A DNA stretch of 62,748 bases, filler included, from Sphacelaria rigidula (taxonomy: Eukaryota), in the NCBI GenBank assembly GCA_964200075.2. It is 7 parts of 7 records of this genome, joined end to end, with 100 filler letters (N's around TTAATTAATTAA, not from the genome) between each part and the next. Parts side by side here need not be neighbours in the genome. Positions count along the whole stretch, not along the records: positions 44,894 to 53,771 come from CAXNAA020009858.1; positions 53,872 to 62,748 come from CAXNAA020009859.1; 5 more parts are not named here. One strand, given 5' to 3'. This document shows positions 51,691 through 62,748 of the stretch, one piece after another; positions within the stretch are counted from its first letter, which is position 1, and every line of letters starts with the position of its first letter. The notes below the pieces were generated by a model. That model was not told where the DNA came from, did no database searches, and saw only the letters and a list, made by a program, of their open reading frames with translations. The position numbers and the translations under genes are program-made.

Positions 51691-52982
51691 TCGTCCGACG
51701 TGTGCAAAGTTTACAAATCTGGGGCGCTTGAGAGAGACGGCCCTGCTGTTGTGTCGTCGTGTACGGTCCGTATTGTACAGTACTGTAATGTTGACTAAGC
51801 AGTACATGGTGCTCTGCACGAGGCAAAACTCTATATCCGCACCGTCTCGATGCAATTACTGACTGTAGCCCTGACGGGCATACCTTTTCGCTGCACGGTA
51901 GTCGTGGTACTCAACTGTATGGACAGCACCGACAACATCACCCACAGGCAGACAGACAGTGCTGTGTTGTATGTGTTGACTGCAACACTACGGTATCAGC
52001 ACCACGTCGTCTTATGTGTATAGTACAGCACCACGTCGTCTTATGTGTATAGTACGGTCGTGTCTCTACCAGACTTGGGTGGTTGCATGAAGAGTAACCT
52101 GTACTATATTGCGACTGCTGGTGGCAGCACGCTGCACGCACAGAGCCAGACTGAGCTACAAATCTACTCCCTGTACGGAGCGCATACTCGTACGGACTGT
52201 ATTGGTCATCGAACTTGCCCTCTGCTGGGGTAGAGGGCCGCCACGCTACTGGCGGGCGAAGACGAGGGAGCAACACGCTGGCTGGCCACGAGCAACAGCA
52301 GCAGCAGCAGCAGCAGTGATGCTGGCAGCCAAGCAAGCATCGGTGACATTGTGGGGTGAGCAGGGGTGTGGCGTTGATGAGCAGCGCGATTCCAGACGCT
52401 TTTTCCGCAACATTCTCTGGATACTGTAGCCCGAAGCTATGAAACAATTAGGATGTTCTGATTACTTTGAGCTATTGAAAAATGATATCAGGAAACCGTT
52501 TAATGATAAAACGCGTTTCTTGATCATATAGGAAGTGGGTTTTGGGCCGTTCATCATAAAAAGCGTTTATTTTGTTTTGTTTTCTTCATACATACAACGT
52601 AGCCTTAGCATGATGTTCTAGAACATGTTGTACAACGGTTCAGTCGATCACGGGAAATGCTCGGCACGAGGCAACGATCTGGCTGCTCTGGTTCTCTTGC
52701 TGGCGGATCCGGGCCCCGTGGGCCTCGTTCTAGGAGGTACTTTTGGCGTACGGGTTGAAAATATGTTGCACATACGCAAGTGGCATGTAATTTGTTTACT
52801 CGTTCGGCGTTTTCTTCTGTCGGTCATCTCTCCTCATACTTTGTAAAGCCAGCGAAGCACTGCACAGTCAGAGATGGATGCGGGCTGTGTACTTACGCCA
52901 AGGCGAGTACGGTTTGACGTGTCGGCATTTGCAAGGTGACACGACTTTTGCCGCCGCGTTTCATTTTTCGGCGAATATGTCA

Positions 52983-53175
52983 GGCCACTTCTTGTGGCAA
53001 GCAAACATATAAATCTGGAAAAAAACATATTCGGAGACTCTGCGTCGTTATACACTCTAAATGGGAGCCAGGCAAATTTTGACACCTTGGAATGCCATGC
53101 TGCACTCGTTGAGACGGTTCCAGCACACCTGCTAGTTTTTGCGGTGGAAGTGGTTTTTTCCCGGGCCGAAAATGC
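52983..53175 (+). mobile_element. Single-arm fragment of MITE family A
   Basis: Starts TCA|GGCCACTTC and contains the core GACACCTTGGAATG..CTCGTTGAGACGGTTCCAG. Confidence 0.6.
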
Positions 53176-53771
53176 ATTTTTCTCGGAGAAGGATCAAGTT
53201 CATGCAACAATCAAGTCATTCCACAGAGAGGCAAACCAGAAACGGGAATAGTGTTTGGATGGCCTGGGCCCTTTCGGGGTATATTTCGCTTGATGCCCTG
53301 ACTTCATTTCATGCTGGGAGAGACGTCTGTAGGTGGTGAAGTGCGATACAAACTGGCATATGACTCTCACTCGACAGCGTGATGCTGTGCGGTGCGATGC
53401 TTCGTGGCTTCGCGGCAACTGTTAACAGAGGCCAACCGAGCTCCAAACTTGAAGGTTTTTTATTTTCGTAAAGTGTCCCAAATCGTACTGATGCACAAAT
53501 CGAGCAAGCCAATCGAATCACAAGGATCGGATGACGAACACACAAGCACGCACGCACGCACCAAAACATCTCAGGCTAATCCGTGAAAAATCAACGGCAG
53601 CAAAAACGCACACACAAACGCTACGCCCACCCCGACAAGAAGAACTCTTTTAACGTCTCCGCCCCAGCCCACCTTACATGCAAATCAAAAATACAGAAAA
53701 TATAACCAGTACGGATAGGGTAGGGTCATTACCCCCTCCATGTCAAATTCACGCGGAGGTTGGGGTCTCGT

Positions 53772-53871
53772 NNNNNNNNNNNNNNNNNNNNNNNNNNNNN
53801 NNNNNNNNNNNNNNNTTAATTAATTAANNNNNNNNNNNNNNNNNNNNNNNNNNNNNNNNNNNNNNNNNNNN
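53772..53871. other. Artificial contig linker
   Basis: N/TTAATTAATTAA/N, 100 bp. Confidence 0.98.
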
Positions 53872-56800
53872 TAGGGACCCCAGTGCACACACTCTGGAAA
53901 TGAGTGGGGGAGACGAGTAACTCAAGGTTACGGTGAGAAGAGGAAATGAGTGGAAGAGACAACCTCAGCGTTAGGATTAGACCCCGGGGGAAGTCCGGAA
54001 ATAACGGGTTGGTTTCTTGGAAAGCAGTCGTACATGGTGACGGGTGTAAAGCGTTCAAGCAAGGAAAATTCGGTTTTGATTAGGGAAAGATGTACAACGA
54101 TGCCCCTGAGAACTTTTCTACATGTTTCACTCCGAGCGATGTTCACCAAATACCCCCACAGTCGTCACAATCTAAATGTCGCAGGGTGACGTGATGCTGC
54201 AGGGGTTTGTTGCGTGTACTGTTTCAGCGAGTAGATCTAGTTGTCCCGCTTACACGGGAGCGTTCACACGTAATCTTAGTTATGCATAACATATGCAGTC
54301 CGTCTTCAGATTCTCAAACTAGGAAACACTGCAGAAGTGCCGTGTTGTCTGGTGTTCAGTGTAGTACTCTGCATTTCATATACCGCTGCAGAGTTATCTT
54401 GTGTTGAGTGTACCACGCTGTACTCCAGTTAATGGGGTGATGAATTGAGCGGTTCTTGAAAAGTTCTACTTGTTTTTTGAAAAGATGTCGAAAAGTTCTG
54501 CTCGTTTTTCTGTCACAGAAATCCAATACTGGATCTGGAACAGCCTGAGGCAACAACAAATTTGAAAATTGGAATGCCAAACGTAGGTAGGTGACATGCA
54601 AGGAGGGAAAACGTCTCCACCACGTTGTCGGGAGAAGTACATTCGTATGCTCGGTAGTTACGTGGTGACATGCATTCCCAAGAAACACCCGTACGGTTGG
54701 CGTAGTTGAGTTACATGGGAGAAGTCGACACACACAACACCCCAGGTTAGTGTGACGCCAAACACTATAATAGTCGTCACTGCACGTGGGTCAAACGCGA
54801 GGTGAAGGTGCGAAAAAAAGTGGGGGGAATGGGGAAGAGGGCCAGACCATCTCTTGCGGGAGCCGTTCAAGATGTCATTTCGAAGTAGTTTCAACGCCGT
54901 CATTTGACTGCCTCAATTTTGAACGGAGACGACGAACTCTCTTACTTTGGCACAAAACCGGAGTTGCACAAAACAAGTTGGCGCGGCCTAGGAGTTGACC
55001 GGCCACACAGCCATCACGTGACTTTTCTAACTTTGCGTCGATGGCATTTTCTTCCCACCTCAATTATTCTGCGCAGACCAGACCACAGCAGCAACAAGCA
55101 ACTCTGGCAGTCTTCAGCGCAGATGAAATCGTGTTTTTTATAGGGTTCATGTCAGGCAGGAGTCGTGAATTATCGGAGAAACGATTTTCTTCTGTTGTGA
55201 AATTGTTCCAACACTGGAGAGATCTTCGCGATCAAGTGTAGCACCTTCCAATTGTTGGATTTGAGCGCCAACGCTGATGACCACGTGCGGAAGTCAGGCT
55301 CACCCCTTGAAGTGGGACTCCCCGTGTTCGATCAGGTTGCCGTCTATGAATGGTAGTCGCCGGTGTGAGGTGCAGTGGTCGAAAACCGATACCTGCTCAC
55401 GTGTTTTGCCATATGAATGACCTTCATAAGTCAGGAACCACCATCGGCGAGGGAGTGGCTATTGGTCCACACTGCCTGATGACAAGCACCTAGTCGGGGG
55501 CAGAAAACAAACCGTCTGCTGTCAACACCCAAGCGTAAAAAAGCAGAAGAAGCCAAGGCCATCAAGACTGCTCTTGGCTTGGCTGCCAGAACACTCACGA
55601 CAGGTTACACGACAGTGCACAAGACAAAATTGCGGTGCTTTGTTTCTAGCTCTGCCACATGATATAGATTGATCGCCCCCTGCCCCTCTCTCCCCCCCAA
55701 CTCATTCATCATTTCCCTTTACACATTTGGCTGACGTTGAGTTAGTTGATCCTCGCTCTCCGCGAGTCTCTTAAAAAGGCTCCATGCAAATCTCATTGGG
55801 GGTGGAGAAGCAAAAATGCCTCAGGAATTTATCACAGTATTCAAGGCGGAGACAATCAATCCTCGATGTCAACCCACCCGCTCTCATACTGTGTGCGCCC
55901 CCCAACTGCACGAGAAAACAAGACCGCCTCCCTCGAAACGAAACAGTACACACCTGAACACCGTCATTGTGCCATGTTGGGTCGTTGTCGAGTTTTGATC
56001 ATACGCCGCGCGGCCCGAGAGGAGAAAAAACAGCCCCTCCTCCCCTCTCTGCGGCCCCCAACGCCCTCCCGTATCGGGCGTTTCCTCCCATTCGACGTTC
56101 GAAACGAAACACTACAAAAACTACGAATGAGTGGGAACGAAATTATGGGTTTGGGGGAAGTCTCCTTGCCGCCGGGACTTGTTTCGGCGTCCCTTGGCGA
56201 CAATTCGGTACAGCAGGCCCGATCTTTCCTGGCCTGAAAGTAGGCCTTAAAACTTGACGCGCGCGTGCCTCACACCCAAGTCTTAGTCCACCAAACAGCA
56301 GAAATACAACAGAAAAAAAGGAAAAGGAAAGAAAAGAAAAGAGAGCGTGTCGAAACGACAAACGCGTCTCCCGTCCTAAAGGGAGGTCGCCATCTATCAA
56401 GCAAGCCGAACTACTACCTCCTTACAATGCACGACTATTTCTGCCCATTGCCACGAAGTCCGAGCCGCCACGACACGGGACATTGCTTCAGCGGCCCTGC
56501 TTCTCAACGTCCATCAAGGAAACCCCTGAGCAAGGACATGACGTGATCGCGATCGCGGCTGTTCGAAGTTGCAAAACAAGCGCAGCTTAAAAGTCGATGG
56601 AGGGCTGTGGAACACGGTCGCAAGGCGAAAAAAACGAGACAGCGTTGTCGAGTGGGCGGGCACGGGGAGAAGGGGTTGCGGTTAGCTGGCTCCAAGTCGA
56701 CGGCGGGCCGGGGTAGGCACATGGGCCGTCAACAGTGCGAACTGCCTTTCAAGGAACGACACCCGAAGCGATGTGATGTCAACATTGTCGATGCCGGACG

Positions 56801-57257
56801 AAAATTGCATTCGATTTTTGATACAGCACCAACTTCCGACGTGACGGTAGTCCTTCCACTTCCGACAGGTCCGACAGGGGTTCCACATATGTCGTCTCTG
56901 ATTTTTCAGCGAATCGACCTTCCCGTAATGTAGTGCATTTTTTCACGATTCCAGTAGCCTTTCCCCCCCCCCCCCCCTTTTTTGCGCGACAATGTACTAC
57001 ACTGGAGTCTTGCCACAAGACCCCGTGTAAGGACCTGCCGCAAGGTACATGCGTCGTTGCCGCGCATCAAACGAAGATACGCGCGACATCTGTGGCCATA
57101 TACGTTGCCTTCCGCAGTGGCGGGCCTCGGTACATGCGGAAACTTACCCAACAACAGAACACCCAGTTGAAGCACTGTGGAATAATTAGAGCACGATTCA
57201 AAGGGCCAACACCAACAGCAGCCGACGAGCGCTATATCCCATGATATCTCACTACCC

Positions 57258-57413
57258 TCACGTGACCACATACACGGAACGAACCTTGTGGAACATCATC
57301 ATCTGTACAATTTCCCCCATGATAGCGAGCATAGCCAGGCGCCCGTGCTTGATCTCAGACAACTTGAGGGACGCTTGCTTGGCCGCATCTTTCTTGTAGA
57401 AGCTCGCGGAACC
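57258..57413 (-). CDS. LHC exon, helix 3
   Basis: GSASFYKKDAAKQASLKLSEIKHGRLAMLAIMGEIVQ after an AACAG| acceptor. It ends at the TGA at 57258 or at an alternative donor after 57285. Confidence 0.92.
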   Translation of the reverse strand, partial: GSASFYKKDAAKQASLKLSEIKHGRLAMLAIMGEIVQMMMFHKVRSVYVVT

Positions 57414-58421
57414 CTGTTAAGATTCCGCCCAAAGACGAGAGCGCCAATTCCGTGAGTGGATAGTTTCAGAACGCTTTTTTGTTCGCGTAACTCTCACCAG
57501 CGAGAGGCCGGGAGAAATGGCGAAAAATTCGTGCTTTTATTTGCGTTCAAAAAATGGAGCGTCAGTAAGCAAGAACAACAAAATGACGATACTCCGCATG
57601 AAACCCCGGTTGTGCATCCCGTACACCAACACCTGCTGGAACATCTTGTACGGTGAATGATCTGTTTCCTACATTTCGCCAAATTCATTCAAACTCTCTC
57701 GAGTGAAAGCGAAAAAGAGTCTGTGCAGATAAAAAAGTACCTGTTGAGTTAGCTCTCCGTTCGTGTGTGAAAACGGTGACTACTGTACTCCGTGCATGTA
57801 GCGAGTACCGACGGAAGAGACTTGAGGGCCGGAGTGTTTGCTATTTCCGCTGGTAAACGAACATCACAACGAAACACTACGCCGTACGTGCCATTCGATG
57901 AGACAAACCGCTCGGACGCCAAATGATTCCATCATTCCCCCGTGTGGTTCAAAGCTTGTCACTTAATCCAACCGGCCGAAGCCGAAGATTACTCACGTCG
58001 GACAGAGCATGACCTACCTAAAATCACTTATCGAACAGGATCTCAGATCCGTTGTTCAAAACACGGAATAAGTGACGACGGGGCCCAAGAAGCCAAAGCA
58101 CTACCGTTGCGCTACTCCGCCCGCGGCGGCCAGCGCATTAGGGAGCAAATGTGGAAAAAGGGGGCAAATGCTCCCGCTCAGCACACTAGCGAGAAGCGAT
58201 ACTCAGGTAGCTCATGAGCTGTCCGACGTGAAGGGTTATGCCCGAACTTCGACGGTCAAGATGGAGACCGGAAGATATCGAGGAAAATCATCAGAGCCGT
58301 GAGACCAGAAAGTTATGTGGTGTTTCTCGAGATCCCAATATCACTACTTTGCCGACATTAAAAAAACACACACATACAACGACAAATCTGCAATCGAAAT
58401 CCCGTTGAAATTCGGATGTAC

Positions 58422-58507
58422 CTTGGGGTCCTGGGGGAGCATCTCCCACGGGTCGGTCGAAGTGCCAAACGTCTTGAAGATCGACGCAAGTTCGAACACA
58501 GCGATGA
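58422..58507 (-). CDS. LHC exon, helix 2 and loop
   Basis: (F)IAVFELASIFKTFGTSTDPWEMLPQDPK. TGCAG| acceptor and AAG|GTACAT donor; phases match both neighbouring exons. Confidence 0.85.
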
Positions 58508-61500
58508 CTGCAGCACCCAGGCGAAAACGATAACATGCACCGCACAAGGAAGAAAAAAAAAACGAGTGGGAGGAAGGGCGGGGAGAGGTTCGATGTTGTG
58601 TTCTGTGGGGTATACCCGGAAGTACAGGAAATTTTGTCGATATATATACCATTGCGGAATGTGTACCCAACATTTCTGTATGGTCCGGCAGGGTATCATG
58701 CCTTGTTCGGAAGAATCCAGCATGGTTCGGAAGGGTTTTTACGAAGAAAGTACGTCTCTTTTTTGTTCATACTTCAGGAAAGACACGAAGTTCAGCCGGT
58801 ATGCCTTACATAGCACAAACCTTAGGAAGATTTACTGGGTTGTGTCATCGTTCTCGATATACACAACACCGATACATCCGAGGGCTCGACCAATCATCGC
58901 CGGTTCAGATGATTAAATCTACGATTTATGGGGCCTGATTACTCAAAAAACGATTCAAGGTTGACCGCGCATGGAAAACATCTCTTAAAATACGCAAACT
59001 CGCGCTTTTTTAGGTGCCTGGGGTGCCCATATCTGGGGTGCAACGCTGAAACTGAAGCTCAAGAATTGATTTGTACGGTACAAATCGATTACATTGAAAT
59101 CAAGTAATTTACAGACGAGCCATCATTCGTACGACCACTGGATATATCGGACAGACACCACGTACTGCATCGGTATTCGAAACAGGCCTGTCGCCCGTTG
59201 GATATATGCAAATTTTCAAGCATACAGTGCCTCATTGCGGTGTTTCATTGCCATCGCGATTCATTATGTGCGAGCTGGCGGCGTTTCTCTGAAAACGAAC
59301 GTAGCGTGTTGGGTTTCTTTTGTCCTGGGTTGATCTCGACTTCCTATCTCTACGCAAGACTGACCTCAGCGTTCCCGTTATTGCGGAGTGGTGTTTTTTT
59401 TAGTATGCGTGCGGACCAGTAGCATGTCACTTCAAACATTCCCCGTATTTTGATTTCCTCTTTAATTTCCCCTGAATCGATCATGTCAGGTGTGTTCACA
59501 GAATAATCCACACACGGTCATCACTACCCTCTTGGCAGGTGTTCTTCATTGGACTTCGTGTTAGTTCTTCTGTTCATTTCCTCTCCCTGAAAGCAGCGTC
59601 CTTATGCATCGACATCATCAGCGTCTTGGCGTTCGCGAATTTTTTCTCCCCTCTTTGTCCTGCGAAAAAAGCCGTTTTCCTACACGCGCGACCAGCGTGT
59701 TCATGTCTTCTTTCATTTTCCCTTTGAACTTAGTTCCCTGTGTGAAACTTGCGGCGGCTCCTCATTTTCAACGAGTCAGCTCTTCTATTCAATTTCGCGA
59801 CCGTGTATGCACATCCTCTTTCTTCCCGAGAAAGCTCATCATATCGTCTATTGTCGCGATACGTCATCCGCTGGATCATGAACGAATTCTTCACATGAAA
59901 TTGATGCGCATTTGACGGATGACCTCACCTGGTGGTCAAAGGGCTAACTGCAACTCGCCCCATGAGTAGGCAGGTGTGTAGCCTATGGTCCGCAAGCACA
60001 ATATAACAACACAAACTACGAGAGAGTGCCCGGTCGCGAGGGCACGCAAGTAAAAGAGAGTCTGAAAACGAGGAGAACCAACACATGACACATACTTGCT
60101 GAAGAATTTTATACGCTTTCATTCATCTCAACATTTACCGTTTCGTTGCGGTAGAGCAGGAGAACTGCTCCTATTGGACCAAAAACGGCCAGTAACACCA
60201 TCCTGATAAACGGGGTAATTGGTCCGTAGCGCCCCAAAAACACCAACTTGAGCACTGCAGTTTTAGCGCGGCCTACGCTTTCCGCCGAATACTACCGGCG
60301 CTAGCACTTTCAAGTAGGAGTGAAGAATAGTACTCGAGAAAACCCAAACTACAAAACGATGAATTTTGAAAATTTCCGATGCTACTTTAGTATGGAATCA
60401 TATGTTCGCCATATCTTCAGATAACAACAAAATGGGTCAAGTTGGGAATCGATCGTTTCCCCCCTGTTCCAGGAAATGTTGTACCCAAGTACCCCATCAG
60501 CTGTGCATGTCGTTCGGGGTTTCATGCAGACTTCGGTATGGACCTCATCTCTGCACTCCAAGGAAATTACTCTTAATGGGAAAAGAAACATTGGTCCAGG
60601 TCTTCGAACAAATGGTCATCTTCCCTACGATTGAACCTTTTACGGTACAGTACAGTACGTGGAAACGTGGCCCAATTCGTCTGTGTCGATGAGATACGGC
60701 TGAGAGATTTACTCCGTTTTTGGGCTGGCGCAGCTCGTACAGTACAGTAGTTTGTCGTGAAACCATGTCTGCAGCACGTCTGTATTCCCATGGGTGAGTC
60801 GAGTTTTGTTCACCCCCGAAGTGTTCTGTAGTTTTTTCTTGAGCCAAAAAACGTCTCGGGTGGTTGGTGGACGACTGTCCCCCCGGTACTCTGTGCGTCC
60901 ATATTCAAGAGATGGGGCTACATCGCAGGTTTTTCGTGACTCCAGCGAGCCCCCCCCCCCCCCGCCCCCCCCGGCTAGCTGAGGAAAGACTCAAGTCTGC
61001 TGTCGCTGCAGCCGCCGTCCCTGCGGCATTTGTCTGGCGCTTCAAGGCGCAACCAACAAAATATTTCTTGGTCTCCTATAAAACTTGACCAACAAAGAAA
61101 CATCGTTCAACAGTGTGGGAAGCCTTGACGAACAGCTACACCAGCTGCATAAGCGCCGTCCGTTCGCACGTGCAAAACTGGTTAGGTCAACTGAAAAAAA
61201 TGTTGTGACTACTTTTGAGGTTGCGCGCCACGGTGTCCAAGTACTGTGACTGGACAGGTTCACCTGAACTGGTGGTCATCAACATCAGTCACGATACTTC
61301 GATACTCTGTACCTGTGTTCGATCAGTACCGACCTCTTGAGAACAGTGCACATACTCGGATCCAAGTCTAGCATCGTCTTCGCAAGACTTAAATCAGAGA
61401 TATCATTATAGCAAGTCTGGCCACGTCTGGCCACGTACTTTTGCTTGGCTTTCAGATTCCCCACTCAGCCTATCGCCCCCCGCCAAACTCGGCTCATGAA

Positions 61501-62464
61501 AAATGATGGGTGTGGTGCGTTTTCTGTTCATGTCACCACCCCTTGACTCCTCCAAACATTTCCTATAATTTAATGATGCAACTGATCATTTTGACCAGAC
61601 ATACACATGTTCCCATCATGGTGGATACATCATGCTTCCTCCAGGCTATGACGGGAAGTAAAACTCGAGCGCCTTTTCTTCACTGAATCCCCACATGTCA
61701 TAGGGTGCTCGTTACTGGTACCCGCGAGCTTCATGGTAATTAGAAAGAAAAAAAACATTTCCGTAGAGCACGAGATCAACGACAACTTGAGAGGTGCTAC
61801 GAAATCTTGATCCCTCTCACCGAACCGCACTCCATCACGTAGGGTATTTCTATGGACCAGTCAAGTCATCCGAACGAATTTGGTTGACCTCCTCCGCTGT
61901 CTTCCTCCGGTATGCCGTTTCGTGACGGATGTGCCCACCGTCAATCAGGAATGGAAAGCTGTTCAACTAGTGACTACACTACCAAAAGTCCTTTAGTTTT
62001 GGCGTAGTCACTAGAAAAACAATTTATACTTCCTGTTAACGACGAGCACATCCGTCACCAAACGGGAGACCGGAGGAACATAGCAGGAGGGGAGGTGAAC
62101 TACAGTCGTCCTTCGGATGGCTTGACTTACCATGATAATATCCAACGTGAGGGGATGCGGTTCAGTGAAAAAGGGGTCAAGATTTGTGTGCATCTGCAAA
62201 GCTGTCGTTGACATCGTTTCCGCGAGCCACCCCGCACGTTACGAAAATCTTGGTCTGTGTTCAATGGGACTGCGAGAGCAGGGGGTTTCAAGTATCATGG
62301 AGTAGCGTCTAGACTTGAAATTCGACAGATGTGACAACACGAAATATTCTGGAATAAAATTTCAAAGGTGGAGAGAAAAACACGTACACATTTGTTCTTC
62401 CATTTTTGCATCAGACAGAGTCGCCACACCAATCCCTCTGCCGCAACACCGGATTATGACTTAC

Positions 62465-62617
62465 ATGAGAACACCTGCCCCTGGGCCGCGATTGGCACCG
62501 TGGTGAGCGCCTCGAGCGGCCCCTCTTGGAACTGGGCTCCCGGGAGGTGGACATACTGTGTGAGAAGGAAGCCCACTACAGCAAGCTGCGCAATACGCCC
62601 GTGCTTCAGTTCCGCGG
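62465..62617 (-). CDS. Light-harvesting complex (FCP, Lhcr-like) exon, helix 1
   Basis: AELKHGRIAQLAVVGFLLTQYVHLPG. Acceptor CTCAG| and donor |GTAAGT; phase 1/1. Confidence 0.92.
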
Positions 62618-62748
62618 CTGAGATAATTCGACACAAATACCATGTGAACGGTAATATGTCCAAGAAAAAAGTGGGGCGGGCGGGCGGGCAGGGGGGGGGG
62701 GGGGGGACGGGGCAAGCCAACGTCAGAACCCCAGACCGGGCTACAGCA

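Noticed and set aside
51996-52054. 29-bp tandem duplication
   Set aside because: It is an isolated simple duplication with no further structure.

Overview
This is eukaryotic nuclear DNA, most consistent with a brown alga (Phaeophyceae): it has an LHC/FCP gene, kb-scale GT-AG introns and many poly-C/G tracts. The window is not one locus. It is seven size-sorted contigs (8879, 8879, 8879, 8878, 8878, 8878 and 8877 bp) joined by 100-bp N/TTAATTAATTAA/N linkers, so adjacency across linkers means nothing. Gene fragments: two exons of a secreted His-rich protein (possibly an A1 aspartic protease prepro region), two kinesin motor exons around a 5.7-kb TE-filled intron, three exons of an Lhcr-like light-harvesting protein, and one low-complexity exon. 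Mobile DNA dominates. It includes a decayed Ty3/gypsy element with a chromodomain and a second Tudor-like domain but no integrase core, LINE 3' fragments, a tRNA-derived SINE head, TA-flanked mariner-like ends and piggyBac-like non-autonomous elements. The most striking pattern is a set of ~470-bp, almost fully palindromic PIF/Harbinger-type MITEs with 3-bp TNA target duplications. These recur as adjacent doublets, including a TTA-MITE-TTA-MITE-TTA stack whose empty site is visible in a paralogous repeat elsewhere in the window. Several non-MITE hairpins are candidate small-RNA sources. All alignments were done by eye.
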